NCBI GenBank assembly: GCA_965247115.1
Contig: CBDFGR010000003.1
Span: 512,001-576,000 of the forward strand
DNA from: Myxococcota bacterium
GTDB lineage: Bacteria; Myxococcota_A; UBA9160; SZUA-336
Direction: 5' to 3'
Length of the DNA: 64,000 nt
The notes beneath the pieces were generated by a model. The model saw only the letters and a program-made list of their open reading frames with translations, was not told where the DNA came from and searched no databases. Position 1 is the first letter of the stretch; each line of letters begins with the position of its first letter. Position numbers and translations under genes: made by a program. This document shows, piece by piece, positions 37,328 through 47,361 of this stretch.

Positions 37328-38470
37328 TCAGATGACGGCCTTGCCCTCGCGAAGCGCGCTGATCTTCTCGGCTGAGAAGCCCCAGTCGGCCAGCACCTCG
37401 GCTGTGTGCTGCCCGGGATGCGCGGGCGGCGCGGGCACCGCGCACGGCGTGCGACTGAAGCGCGGGGCCGGCGCGGGCTGCTTGACTCCCCCTACCTCGA
37501 TGAAGGTGTTGCGCAGCTTGTTGTGAGGATGCTCGGGCGCCTCGGCGAGCGACAGGACCGGCGCGAAGCACACGTCCGTGCCCTCCATGATGTCGCACCA
37601 CTCGTCGCGCGTCTTCGAGCGGAAGATGGTCGCGATCCGCTCCTTCATATCGGGCCACTGCGAGCGCGACATCTGACCGGGCAGGTCATCGTCCTCGAGT
37701 CCAGAGTACTGCAGAAGCTCCGCGTAGAACTGCGGCTCGATCGAGCCGACCGAGATGTACTTGTCGTCGGCCGTCAAGTAGACGTCATAGAAGTGGGCGC
37801 CCGTGTCCAGCAGGTTCGTGCCGCGCTCCTCGCTCAGCGCCCCCGATGCGCGCATGCCGAAGAACATCGCCATCAGAGTTGCCGCGCCGTCGACCATGGC
37901 CGCGTCGACGACCTGCCCCTTGCCGGAGCTGGCCCGCTCGACGAGTGCGGCCACGACCCCGAAGGCGAGCAGCATCCCGCCCCCGCCGAAGTCCCCGACC
38001 AGATTCAGCGGTGGGACCGGGGCCCCGCCGCGCCGACCGATGCCCTCGAGCGCGCCCGCCAGGGCGATGTAGTTGATGTCGTGTCCGGCAGCGTGGGCAA
38101 GCGGACCCTCCTGACCCCAGCCCGTCATGCGTCCGTAGACCAGGCCCGGGTTGCGCTCCAGACAGACATCGGGACCCACGCCGAGCCGCTCCATGACACC
38201 CGGTCGGAAGCCCTCCATCAGCACGTCAGCCTTCTCCACGAGAGCGAGCAACGCCTCCACGCCGGCGGGATTCTTGAGGTCGATGGCAACGCTGCGACGG
38301 CCACGCGCCAGTGGATCGATCGGCGGACTCGAGCCTTCTTCCGCGCGTCGCGCGGGTGGCCGATCAATCCGAACCAGCTCCGCTCCCATATCCGCGAGCA
38401 TCATCCCGCAAAACGGACCAGGTCCGATCCCCTGCAGCTCGAGAACTTTCACACCCGCAAGTGGTCCCAT
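37328..38470 (-). CDS. Alpha-methylacyl-CoA racemase (CaiB/BaiF family)
   Basis: [45 protein letters not shown]. Confidence 0.9.
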   Translation of the reverse strand: MGPLAGVKVLELQGIGPGPFCGMMLADMGAELVRIDRPPARRAEEGSSPPIDPLARGRRSVAIDLKNPAGVEALLALVEKADVLMEGFRPGVMERLGVGPDVCLERNPGLVYGRMTGWGQEGPLAHAAGHDINYIALAGALEGIGRRGGAPVPPLNLVGDFGGGGMLLAFGVVAALVERASSGKGQVVDAAMVDGAATLMAMFFGMRASGALSEERGTNLLDTGAHFYDVYLTADDKYISVGSIEPQFYAELLQYSGLEDDDLPGQMSRSQWPDMKERIATIFRSKTRDEWCDIMEGTDVCFAPVLSLAEAPEHPHNKLRNTFIEVGGVKQPAPAPRFSRTPCAVPAPPAHPGQHTAEVLADWGFSAEKISALREGKAVI

Positions 38471-38573
38471 GCGCCGCTCCCCTGACACGAATAGACCCGA
38501 ATACAGCCGTCAGCATACCATCCGCAACCGCCGCGATACCCCCGCAGCACCCGAGACACGTCACCGGGAGTCA

Positions 38574-38784
38574 CCCAGAAACGTGGCGGCACCCCGCACG
38601 GAGTCCGCAACCATGCAAGCGCCACAGCCCGCAGCGCGCGCGTCGAAGAGCGAAACCCAGAGCGTGGCGCCACCCCGCACGGAGTCCGCAACCGTGCAAG
38701 CGCCACAGCCCGCAGCGCGCGCGTCGGAGAGCGAACCCAGAGCGTGGCGCCACCCCGCACGGAGTCCGCAACCGTGCAAGCGCC
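38574..38784. repeat. Tandem repeat, 80-82 bp unit, about 2.6 copies
   Basis: Units start at 38574, 38656, 38736: CCCAGAGCGTGGCGCCACCCCGCACGGAGTCCGCAACCRTGCAAGCGCC... Confidence 0.9.
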
Positions 38785-38889
38785 GCGGAACGCGGCGCGC
38801 GCAGCGAAGGCCTCCGGCCTGAGCGAAGGTGGGTGGCCCGCGACCGCTCGCGGGCCGGGTCCCACAAGAACCGGCCGGGTCCCACAAGA
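38776..38889. repeat. Family A triple-hairpin repeat with duplicated end
   Basis: Full unit 38776-38868; GGCCGGGTCCCACAAGA repeated at 38873-38889. Confidence 0.9.
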
Positions 38890-38906
38890 CTCGGTACCCT
38901 GCGCCC

Positions 38907-39941
38907 ATGGATGCGGGCATCGTCGGCCACCCCGGTTCCGGAAGAACGACCGTCTTCCAGGCGTTGCTCGCCCACCGCGCTCCTTCCGCAGCGGGCGCGA
39001 AGCAAAAGCCCGCCGCGATCGGAGTGATCCGCGTGCCGGATGCGCGACTCGATCGCCTGTCCGCGCTCTACAAGCCGCTCAAGACCACGCCCATCGAGAT
39101 CGTGACGCACGACCTATGCCCCTCACTCGAGCCGTCCTTCCCGACCTCCGAGCTCGAGGCCATGAAGCGGATGGACCTGCTGCTGCTGGTCGTGCCGGCC
39201 TTTGCAGACCCGTCGCCCGACACGATCGTGGCGGAGCTAGACCGACTCATAGGCGACCTGTGCCTGGAGGATCTCGCCGCCGTCGAGCGTCGACTCGAGC
39301 GAGCGCGCAAGGAGAGAGCCGAGGCAACGGCTGTCGCCGCGCTCGATGCCGCGCGTGCCACGCTCGATGCCGAGCTGCCGCTCGCGGCTGCAGAGCTCGC
39401 CGATACCACGCGACGAGAGCTGCGCGCCTACGCGCTCGTGACAGACCGCCCGATGATCGCGGTCTGCAACGTCAGCGAGAGCGACGCGGACAAGCCGGTT
39501 CCAAAGGCGCTCAGCGCGCGATGCGCCGAGCTCGGGATTCCAGCGCTATCGCTGTGCGCGTCGCTTGAGGCCGAGATGGCGCAGCTCGCCAGCGAGGAGC
39601 GCGTCCAGTTCCTGGCCGAGTACGGCGTTCAGGAACCCGCGAGCGGCGCAGTGACGCGCGCCATCCTGGCGTCTAGGGATATCATCCCTTTCTTCACGGT
39701 AGGAGAGGACGAGTGTCGCGCCTGGCCGATCGCTCGCGGAACCCCCGCCCGCAAGGCGGCAGGTAAGGTCCACTCGGACATCGAGCGTGGGTTCATCCGC
39801 GCGGAGGTGGTGAGCTTCGACGAGCTGGCGCCGCTGCCAGGACTGCTCGTCGAAGCCAAGAAGAAGGGCGTGCTCCGCCTGGAGGGGAAGGACTACATCG
39901 TCCGCGAAGGCGACGTGGTGCACTTTCGATTCAACGTGTGA
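38907..39941 (+). CDS. Divergent YchF/OLA1-family protein (DUF933/TGS C-terminus)
   Basis: VPDARLDRLSALYKP.K, FFTVGEDECRAW, AAGKVHSDIERGFIRAEV, RLEGKDYIV..GDV..FRFNV; P-loop altered. Confidence 0.88.
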   Translation: MDAGIVGHPGSGRTTVFQALLAHRAPSAAGAKQKPAAIGVIRVPDARLDRLSALYKPLKTTPIEIVTHDLCPSLEPSFPTSELEAMKRMDLLLLVVPAFADPSPDTIVAELDRLIGDLCLEDLAAVERRLERARKERAEATAVAALDAARATLDAELPLAAAELADTTRRELRAYALVTDRPMIAVCNVSESDADKPVPKALSARCAELGIPALSLCASLEAEMAQLASEERVQFLAEYGVQEPASGAVTRAILASRDIIPFFTVGEDECRAWPIARGTPARKAAGKVHSDIERGFIRAEVVSFDELAPLPGLLVEAKKKGVLRLEGKDYIVREGDVVHFRFNV

Positions 39942-40009
39942 CAGACTATTCGCCGGGCTCAAGCTCGCTCAAACGGGCTGCGATATAGTGTGAAGGCGGG
40001 AGACGACCC

Positions 40010-41884
40010 TTGATGAAGCTCGTGCGGACAGCCTTCCTCCTACCACTCCTGTTCGTTCTCGTGATCAGCGTCGACAGGGAGTCGAACGCCGCCGAGAAGT
40101 TCCCCGAGTCGGACAGCTTGCGCTCCACGGTTGCGTTCTGGATGCGCATCTATCTCGAGGTGACCGGAGGCCAGGGGCTCCTGCACGACTCGCGTCACCC
40201 CGGGATCGTCTACGAGACCGTCGACTTTGAGGGCACCACGGGCAGGCGTGCGCGCCAGCGCCAGGTAAACGAACGAAGACGCCAATGGCGCGGGGCGCTG
40301 GGACGCCTTGGCAGAGGCCGCGAGCCCCGCGACGACGACGAGCGCTTCATCCTGCGCGCGTTCACGCTGGAGCTGGGGCATGAACCCACCCGCCAGGAGC
40401 TCCGTGCCGCCTCACAGCGAGTGCGCTTCCAGCTGGGTCAGCGCGACAAGTTCCGGCAGGGACTGATCGGATCAGGGGCGTACGAGGACGAGATGCGCGC
40501 CATCTTCCGCGACCTGGGACTCCCTGTGGACCTGGCCTACCTGCCCCACGTTGAGTCCTCGTTCAATCTCCGAGCGTACTCGAAGTACGGCGCGGCCGGC
40601 GTCTGGCAGTTCATGCGCGCCACCGGTCGGCGCTACATGACCATCAACTACACGATCGACGAGCGACTGGACCCGATCCGGGCGACGCGTGCCGCCGCGG
40701 AGCTGCTGCGGGACAACTACAAATCGCTGGGGAGCTGGCCGCTCGCGATCACGGCCTACAACCACGGCGATGCGGGAATGAGACGCGCGAAGCGGAGGCT
40801 CGGAACCGACGACATTGCCGTGATCATCGCCAAATACCACAGCCGGACCTTCGGCTTCGCCTCGCGGAACTTCTACCCGCAGTTCCTGGCCGCGCGAAAG
40901 ATCGCGCGCTCGTATCCGTCCTACTTCGGTCCGCTACAGCGCGACAAGCCAGAGGCCGTCGACACGGTGACCCTGCCCTTCTATACGGATGTCGAGGACC
41001 TCCAGGAGTATCTCGACGTAACGCCGGCGCTGCTCAAGGCCTTCAACCCGTCACTGCGGCCGCCGGTCTTTCGTGGAGTGAAGCGCATCCCGGAGAACTA
41101 CATGCTGCGCCTCCCCGCCGGAACGATGCAGCCGGACCCCGAAACCTGGCTCGCCTTGCTGCCCGACGCACAGCGCCATGCCAAGCAGACGCGCAGCGAC
41201 TACTACCAGGTGCGACGCGGCGACACGCTGAGCAGAATCGCCGAGAACCATCGAACGAACGTCTCGACCCTGGTCGCGATCAACAGCCTGCCGAGTCGGC
41301 ATCGCATCTACCCCGGCCAGGTACTCCAGCTGCCAGATGGTACGCGCAAGCCCTCCCGCTCGGCCGGGCTCGTCAGGACGGCCAACGCGGCGCGCCGCAG
41401 CCCGCCGATCCCCAAAGAGAAGATCCAGCCGGCACCCGATCGACCTATGCCCCTGGAAGACAGCTCGCCCTGGCGCAGGCTCGACGGCGAGTGGATCATC
41501 GTCGACGCCGGCGAGACACTGGGACACTTCGCAGACTGGCTCGAGCTTTCAACGAGCCGGCTGCGCAGGCTGAACGGCATCTCGGGTCGGCGCCCACTGC
41601 GCATGGGGCAGCGGTTGCGGATGGACTTCTCGGTCACCTCGCCACAGGTCTTCCTGCAGCGCCGCGTCGAGTTTCACAAGGGGATCGAAGAGGACTTCTT
41701 CGGGAGCTACACGGTCGCGGGCACAGTGGATCATACCCTGCAGCGCGGCGAGAGCCTCTGGGTCCTGTCGCACGATGTCTACACCGTCCCGATCTGGCTG
41801 ATCCATCGCTACAACCCGAAAGCCAACCTCACCCAGCTCAGCCCAGGCGCCACCCTCAAAATCCCAGTAGTGGAGAGGAACTGA
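40010..41884 (+). CDS. Lytic murein transglycosylase with LysM domains (MltD-like)
   Basis: Signal peptide, LPHVESSF catalytic Glu, AAGVWQFM, AYNHG, LysM YQVRRGDTLSRIA and two further LysM-like repeats. Confidence 0.9.
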   Translation: MMKLVRTAFLLPLLFVLVISVDRESNAAEKFPESDSLRSTVAFWMRIYLEVTGGQGLLHDSRHPGIVYETVDFEGTTGRRARQRQVNERRRQWRGALGRLGRGREPRDDDERFILRAFTLELGHEPTRQELRAASQRVRFQLGQRDKFRQGLIGSGAYEDEMRAIFRDLGLPVDLAYLPHVESSFNLRAYSKYGAAGVWQFMRATGRRYMTINYTIDERLDPIRATRAAAELLRDNYKSLGSWPLAITAYNHGDAGMRRAKRRLGTDDIAVIIAKYHSRTFGFASRNFYPQFLAARKIARSYPSYFGPLQRDKPEAVDTVTLPFYTDVEDLQEYLDVTPALLKAFNPSLRPPVFRGVKRIPENYMLRLPAGTMQPDPETWLALLPDAQRHAKQTRSDYYQVRRGDTLSRIAENHRTNVSTLVAINSLPSRHRIYPGQVLQLPDGTRKPSRSAGLVRTANAARRSPPIPKEKIQPAPDRPMPLEDSSPWRRLDGEWIIVDAGETLGHFADWLELSTSRLRRLNGISGRRPLRMGQRLRMDFSVTSPQVFLQRRVEFHKGIEEDFFGSYTVAGTVDHTLQRGESLWVLSHDVYTVPIWLIHRYNPKANLTQLSPGATLKIPVVERN

Positions 41885-41901
41885 GCAAGGCTACAGGGCC
41901 A

Positions 41902-41973
41902 GCCGGCCGCGGGTCCCACTAGGCAAGCGACGCAGAGCGGCGCGCACAGCGAAGGGCCTGGCCCTGAGCGGAG
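41902..41973. repeat. Partial/rearranged family A repeat
   Basis: GCGGGTCCCACTAG followed by GCAAGCGACGC..GCGGCGCGCACAGCGAAGGGCCTGGCCCTGAGCG. Confidence 0.7.
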
Positions 41974-42020
41974 ATACTCCCTTGCCGTCAAGCAAATCAA
42001 GCGCAGCTCCGACTTCGGCC

Positions 42021-42062
42021 AAACAAGTTCGGATTAAGGACCGTCCCCAAGTTCAGATTCCG
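42021..42062. repeat. Family B repeat, single arm
   Basis: 41/42 identical to 8790-8831 (AAACAAGTTCGGATTAAGGACCGTCCCCAAGTTC.GATTCCG). Confidence 0.9.
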
Positions 42063-42100
42063 AGGAGAACCGGCAACCTCCTACGGGGCTTGGCACCCAT

Positions 42101-42190
42101 GCAAGCGCCGCGGGAGCGGCGCGCGCAGCGAAGGGCGTAGCCCTGAGCGAAGGTGGGTGGCCGCGGCCGCCCGCGGCCGGGTCCCACATG
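42101..42190. repeat. Family A triple-hairpin repeat
   Basis: Near-identical to 8852-8942, including the preceding GGCTTGGCA.CCAT. Confidence 0.9.
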
Positions 42191-42191
42191 T

Positions 42192-43334
42192 CTAGCGGTT
42201 CAAGAGGCGTCGAGCGATCACCAGGCGCTGGATCTCGGATGTGCCCGCGCCGATCTCCATCAGCTTCGCGTCCCGTGCGATGCGCTCGACGGGATACTCG
42301 CGGGTGTAGCCGTAGCCGCCGAAGATCTGGATGGCGTTGAGCCCCGCGCGCGTACCGGCTTCAGAGGCGAAGAGCTTGGCCGCGGAAGCCAGGGCGCTGC
42401 AGTCCGCTCCCGTGGACTCGAGGCAGCGCTGTGTGGCCTGGTACACGAGCAGCCGCGAGGCCTCGAGCTCCGTGTACATGTCTGCGAGCATCTTCTGGAC
42501 CATCTGGAAATCCGCGATGGGCCTGCCGAACTGCTCGCGCTCCTGCGCATAACGCAGCGAGTGATCGAGCGCTGCTTGGGCCAGGCCAACCGAGATCGCT
42601 GAAAGGGTGGCGCGCTCCACGTCGAGGCCGCGCATCACCATCGCCACGGCTCGGTTCTCGGTCCCAATCAGGTTCTCGGCCGGGATCTCCACGCTGTCGA
42701 AGCGCAGCTCGGCCGTGGGACTGCCGCGCATGCCCATCTTGTCGAGTGTGCGACTGCATGAGAAGCCGGCACTCTCGGCGTCGACAACGAATGCGGAGAT
42801 GCCCTGTGTCCCCAGGTCCGGCTCGGTCCTGGCGTAGACCACGAGCGTCTGGGCCTCCGAGCCGTTCGTGATGAAGGTTTTGGAGCCGTCCAGGACGTAG
42901 CCATCTCCCTTCCTCACGGCTCGACTCCGCATGCCGAGCGCGTCCGAGCCCGAGCCGGACTCCGTCAGCGCCCAAGATCCGACCGCCTGGCCCGAACACA
43001 GTGGCGGCAGGAAACGCTGCTTCTGCTCACCGCTGCAGTCGCGCAGGATGGCTCCGATGGTAAGCACCGAGTGGGCGCCGTACGAGAGCGCGACAGAGCC
43101 ACTGTGCCGTGCGAGCTCCTCCATCACGAGCGCGGCACCCAGATAGTCACCACCGCTTCCGCCGTACTCTTCGGGAACCAGCACCCCGAGCGCCCCGATC
43201 TCGCCCAGGCGCCGAAAGAAGTCGCGGGGAAACCGGTCCTCGGCGTCGATGGCCGCCGCCAGCGGAGCGAGCTCCGCCTCCGCGAGCCGTCGAACGGTGT
43301 CGCGAACCAGCTCTTGCTCTTCAGAGAGATGCAT
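42192..43334 (-). CDS. Acyl-CoA dehydrogenase (isovaleryl-CoA dehydrogenase-like)
   Basis: [55 protein letters not shown]. Confidence 0.9.
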   Translation of the reverse strand: MHLSEEQELVRDTVRRLAEAELAPLAAAIDAEDRFPRDFFRRLGEIGALGVLVPEEYGGSGGDYLGAALVMEELARHSGSVALSYGAHSVLTIGAILRDCSGEQKQRFLPPLCSGQAVGSWALTESGSGSDALGMRSRAVRKGDGYVLDGSKTFITNGSEAQTLVVYARTEPDLGTQGISAFVVDAESAGFSCSRTLDKMGMRGSPTAELRFDSVEIPAENLIGTENRAVAMVMRGLDVERATLSAISVGLAQAALDHSLRYAQEREQFGRPIADFQMVQKMLADMYTELEASRLLVYQATQRCLESTGADCSALASAAKLFASEAGTRAGLNAIQIFGGYGYTREYPVERIARDAKLMEIGAGTSEIQRLVIARRLLNR

Positions 43335-43338
43335 GGGT

Positions 43339-44004
43339 TCAGACCTGAAACAGGCTCTCGTCGGGCAGCCGGATGGCAGTCAGGGCGCCGCCGTAGACCG
43401 CGCCGGTGTCTATCCCGATCGAATAGGGCAGGTTCCAGCGCACCTGCATGTCGGGCATAGGTGTGTGGCCATAGACGATCGTCACACCGAGGCTGTGAGG
43501 CAGCTCGACGGTGCTGCGCTGCCAGAGCAGGTCCCGGGGGCTCTCCTTGGAGAGGGCGTACTTGACGTCCGAGAGCTGCAGCGACTCGCGCGAGATTCCT
43601 GCATGGACGAAGGCGTACTCGCCCTCGATGTGCCAGAGCCGCAAGGAGGCATAGAACTTCTCGTGCGCGGGGGGCAGCTCGAACTTCCCACCGGAGTCGA
43701 AGTAGCCGTAGCTCTCGAGGGTGGTCTCTCCACCGTTGTGCAAGAAGGCCTCCGCTCCGAAGTAGGCGGGACCTTCCCAGCCGAGGAAGGAGAGGAACAT
43801 CCCTTCGTGGTTACCCATGAGAAAGGTGCACGCGTAGCGCTTATCGAGCTCGAGCAGGAAGTCCACCACTCCCTTGGAGTCGGGTCCCCGATCGACGTAG
43901 TCGCCCACGAACACGAGCTGATCGTGTTGCTGGAGGGGCAGCGTACTGATGAGCTCCTCGAGCTGATCAAGCTGGCCGTGGATATCGCCTACCGCGTACA
44001 GCAT
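43339..44004 (-). CDS. Metallophosphoesterase (PPP/PrpA-like Ser/Thr phosphatase)
   Basis: GDIHG, GDYVDRG, GNHE, FVHAG, GHTP, IDTG. Confidence 0.92.
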   Translation of the reverse strand: MLYAVGDIHGQLDQLEELISTLPLQQHDQLVFVGDYVDRGPDSKGVVDFLLELDKRYACTFLMGNHEGMFLSFLGWEGPAYFGAEAFLHNGGETTLESYGYFDSGGKFELPPAHEKFYASLRLWHIEGEYAFVHAGISRESLQLSDVKYALSKESPRDLLWQRSTVELPHSLGVTIVYGHTPMPDMQVRWNLPYSIGIDTGAVYGGALTAIRLPDESLFQV

Positions 44005-44015
44005 CCCGTTATGCT

Positions 44016-45086
44016 CTATCGGCTGGAATCCGGCGAGCTTGGACTCCTCGCCGCGTCCCCAATGGTACCGAGTTGTCCGCAAGCTGCATAGATGTCGCTT
44101 CCGCGCGGGCGGCGCACGGTCGCTGTCACACCCGCCGCGGCGACGGTCTCGGTGAAGAGCTCGATGCGCTCCGCGTCCGGACAGCGGAGCTCGGTACCGG
44201 GGTGCTCGTTCAGAGGGATCAAGTTCACCTTGGCGCCAGCGCGGCGCGCCAGTGCGGCCAGTCGCCGCGCGTCCGCGGGCGAGTCGTTCACGTCGCGCAT
44301 GAGCGTGTACTCGAAGGAGATCCGATCGCGCCGCGCTACTGGATAGCGCGCACAGGCGTCCACGAGGGTGGCGATCGGAAAGCGTTTGTTCAGCGGAACA
44401 AGGCTGTCGCGCACGTGGTCCGTTGTCGCGTGCAGCGACACCGCCAGACGTACGGGCACCGCAGCGCCCAGCTCCCCCAGCTTGGACGCCACACCCGCCG
44501 TCGACACGGTGATACGACGCGGCGAGATGCCCAGCCCCCCCGGATGGGTCAAGACTCGGATCGCCTGGATGACATTGCGCAGGTTCAGAAGAGGCTCGCC
44601 CATGCCCATGAACACCACGTTCGTGAGCCCCGCCTGCGCCTCCCCCTCCGAAAGCAGCTCTCGGGCGTGCAGGACCTGCTCGACCATCTCGGCCGGCTCC
44701 AGGTTGCGCCCGAAGCCGAGCCGTCCGGTGGCACAGAAAGAGCAATCCAGGCTGCATCCCACCTGGGACGACACGCAGATCGTCTGGCGACGCGCCTCGG
44801 GAATCAGCACGGCCTCGATGCGGGCGCCATCGCCGCTCTCGAGCACCAGCTTCTGGGTCCCGTCGCTCGCCCGATGGGTCGCCACACGCTCGAACGAGCG
44901 AGTCTGCCAGTCGTCCGCCAGCTGGCGGCGAAGACCCTTGCTCAGGTTCGTCATCGCACCGAACTCGGGCACGCCGCGCGCGCACACCCAGCGCAGCACC
45001 TGATCCGCGTGGAAGCTCTCGATCCCCGAAGCGGCGAAGCTGCGGCGGAGCTCCTCTGGCGTGTAGTTCAGAACGGACTTCATCAA
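44016..45086 (-). CDS. rlmN: Dual-specificity RNA methyltransferase RlmN
   Basis: CVSSQVGCSLDCSFCATG radical-SAM motif, FMGMGEP, NLIP, IYAACGQL. Confidence 0.95.
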   Translation of the reverse strand: MMKSVLNYTPEELRRSFAASGIESFHADQVLRWVCARGVPEFGAMTNLSKGLRRQLADDWQTRSFERVATHRASDGTQKLVLESGDGARIEAVLIPEARRQTICVSSQVGCSLDCSFCATGRLGFGRNLEPAEMVEQVLHARELLSEGEAQAGLTNVVFMGMGEPLLNLRNVIQAIRVLTHPGGLGISPRRITVSTAGVASKLGELGAAVPVRLAVSLHATTDHVRDSLVPLNKRFPIATLVDACARYPVARRDRISFEYTLMRDVNDSPADARRLAALARRAGAKVNLIPLNEHPGTELRCPDAERIELFTETVAAAGVTATVRRPRGSDIYAACGQLGTIGDAARSPSSPDSSR

Positions 45087-45709
45087 CGCTTACGGTAGTC
45101 GAAGTAGCGCAGAGTTCTCCCCTCTTCGCGCCATTCGGCCTCGTAGGCGGTCTCGCTCCGGTCGGGACGCGCTCCGGACCAGGCCTCTGGGGCGTGGAGG
45201 TTCTCGAGCGCAGGCTCCTCGGCCAGCACCTCTGCGATCCACTCGGCGTAACCCGCGTGATCGGTCGAGACATGAACCAGCCCCGCCGAGGCAAGAACAC
45301 GGGCCAGCGCCCGCACGAAATCCGGCTGGATCAGACGGCGACGAAAGTGCCGCTTCTTAGGCCAGGGATCCGGGCAGTTGATCCAGCACTCCCCGACGCA
45401 GCCCGCTGGCAGGACGCGCTCCGCGACGTACTCGGCGGAGCTGTGCACGATGCGAACGTTCGGCAGCTCTCCCCTCTGGATTCGGCGCGCGGCCTTGGTG
45501 ACACGCTTTCGTGACACTTCGACGCCGAGAAAGCGCTGCTCGGGGTGCTCCCGAGCGAGACCAAGGATGAGCTCCGCCCGCCCGAAGCCGAGCTCGAGCA
45601 CGATCGGGAGACCGCCCAGGCAGCTCCCCACTCCGCGCTCGCGCAGTGTCTCCGCCTCGAGGCAGGGATCAGCGGGAGGCGTCAAGCGAGGTTCGCGCGA
45701 ATCGGACAC
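45083..45709 (-). CDS. trmB: tRNA (guanine-N7) methyltransferase TrmB
   Basis: LELGFG, FLGVE, PDPWPKKRH..RRL, STD..Y, TAYE; start uncertain (GTG 45709). Confidence 0.9.
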   Translation of the reverse strand: MSDSREPRLTPPADPCLEAETLRERGVGSCLGGLPIVLELGFGRAELILGLAREHPEQRFLGVEVSRKRVTKAARRIQRGELPNVRIVHSSAEYVAERVLPAGCVGECWINCPDPWPKKRHFRRRLIQPDFVRALARVLASAGLVHVSTDHAGYAEWIAEVLAEEPALENLHAPEAWSGARPDRSETAYEAEWREEGRTLRYFDYRKR

Positions 45710-47361
45710 CAGAGTTGCGGACGCCAGGGGGCCCCTTCTGCCAGGTCCGCTCCCAGCAGCCGACCCAGCGTGGCTCGCGGTGCCTGGGCATACACGGGAA
45801 TCCCCTGGCCCGGCCCGAGTCCCGCCAGAGCTTCTGCACGGGAGAACGCCAGGTCGAGTCCCCCCAGGTGGTCGACGAGCTTGTTCTCGAACGCCTGGCG
45901 TCCGCTCCATACCCTGCCCTCCGCGACCGCCTCCAGGTCCTCGGCCGACATCTTCCGGCAGTGGGCCGCGTTCCCGGTGAAGCGATCGTAGATGCCCCGG
46001 ACCTGGCGCTCGAGCAGCGCTCGCTCGTCCTCGCTGCGGGACCCTCCGAGCGCGTAGATCCCGGCGTGCTTGCCGCGCTCCACACTCTCGAGGCCGACGC
46101 CCACTCGAGACAGCAGGCCCTCGAAGCCGAGCCCCGCCAGCACCACGCCGATCGAGCCGGTCAGCGTGGCCTCTTCTGCGACGATCTCGTTTGCGGCCAT
46201 CGCGGCGTAGTAGCCACCTGAGGCGGCCCTGTCGCCAAGGCTCGCCACCACGGGCTTCTGCTCGGCCAGCTTGCTCGCCGCTCGCCAGATCAGGTCCGAG
46301 GCCAGCGGATCTCCGCCGGGGCTGTCCACGCGCAGGATGACCGCGCGAACGCTGTCGGACCGCGAAAGCTGTCGCAGCATGCCGACCACGCCGCGGGGAG
46401 ACCCGGCCCCGGAGCGGATCAGTCCGAGTAGCGGAACCACGACGATCTGCGCGGGCCCGGAGCCGAGCGGGTGCCAGACGAAGCGACGTCGCGCCAGGCG
46501 TCGGTAGATGGTCTCCGAGAGGAAGCGCACCCCGTCGGTCGCCGGGTCGTCGCCCGGCTCCGAGCCCTCAACGCCCGCAAGCCGCTGGGGGATCTCGTCG
46601 CCATAGACGAGCTCATCCACAATACCCTCGGCAGCGGCCTCCGAGGCCAGATACGGCCCGCCATCGATCCAGCCGCGCGCACGCTCGGCATCGCCCGCGC
46701 GGCCCGACGCGAGGCCCTCCACCAGAACGCGGTACAGGTCATCCGCAACAGCCTCCAGCGCCTCGCGCGAGGGCTCGCTCATCGACTCCCTCTCGAGCGC
46801 CTCGCCTGCCGACTTGTAGCGGCCGACGGAGAGTACCTCCGGGCGAATCTCGAGCTTGTCGAGAACGCGGCGCAGAAAGACCGACTCGAAGCGGATGCCC
46901 AGCAGATCGAGCCTACCCGCCGGAGCCATCCAGAACTGGTCGGCCAGTCCGCCCAGCCATGCGCCGGCGTTGCCGGTCGAGTCGGCGTGTACGACGAGAC
47001 GCTTGCCGGAGGCTCGCACGTGCGCGAACCCACGGGCCAGCGCGCTCGTCTTCGCCCACCCGATCGGAGCTCTCCCGAGCTTGACGAACACTCCTCGAAC
47101 CCGCGGATCCTCCGCCGCGAGGCGCAGCGTCTCGAGCACGTGCGGCAGCGGGCGGGGTAGCGGAAGCGCGGAGGCGAGCGACAGCTTCCCGCGTCGGGGC
47201 GCCTCGCTCACGCCGTGCTCGAGACGCAAGGCGATCCATTCGCGCGGCACGCGCAGTGCCACGGGAGCCAGCACGGCGTCGCGCACGAATCCGAACAGGT
47301 TCGCAAGCGCCCTCCCGGCGTGCCGGGCAGGGGCGCCCCGCCGGCTCGGGCTGCCCACCAT
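45682..47361 (-). CDS. sppA: Signal peptide peptidase SppA (S49, two-domain)
   Basis: GRYKSAGE (Lys), LRVDSPGG, AASGGYY (Ser), TGSIGV, EGRVWSG; TGATG coupling to vWA gene. Confidence 0.88.
   Translation of the reverse strand: MVGSPSRRGAPARHAGRALANLFGFVRDAVLAPVALRVPREWIALRLEHGVSEAPRRGKLSLASALPLPRPLPHVLETLRLAAEDPRVRGVFVKLGRAPIGWAKTSALARGFAHVRASGKRLVVHADSTGNAGAWLGGLADQFWMAPAGRLDLLGIRFESVFLRRVLDKLEIRPEVLSVGRYKSAGEALERESMSEPSREALEAVADDLYRVLVEGLASGRAGDAERARGWIDGGPYLASEAAAEGIVDELVYGDEIPQRLAGVEGSEPGDDPATDGVRFLSETIYRRLARRRFVWHPLGSGPAQIVVVPLLGLIRSGAGSPRGVVGMLRQLSRSDSVRAVILRVDSPGGDPLASDLIWRAASKLAEQKPVVASLGDRAASGGYYAAMAANEIVAEEATLTGSIGVVLAGLGFEGLLSRVGVGLESVERGKHAGIYALGGSRSEDERALLERQVRGIYDRFTGNAAHCRKMSAEDLEAVAEGRVWSGRQAFENKLVDHLGGLDLAFSRAEALAGLGPGQGIPVYAQAPRATLGRLLGADLAEGAPWRPQLWCPIRANLA

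Noticed and set aside
38574..38784. Possible CRISPR array
   Set aside because: Whole 80-82 bp units repeat with no unique spacers, and there are no cas genes; it is a tandem duplication
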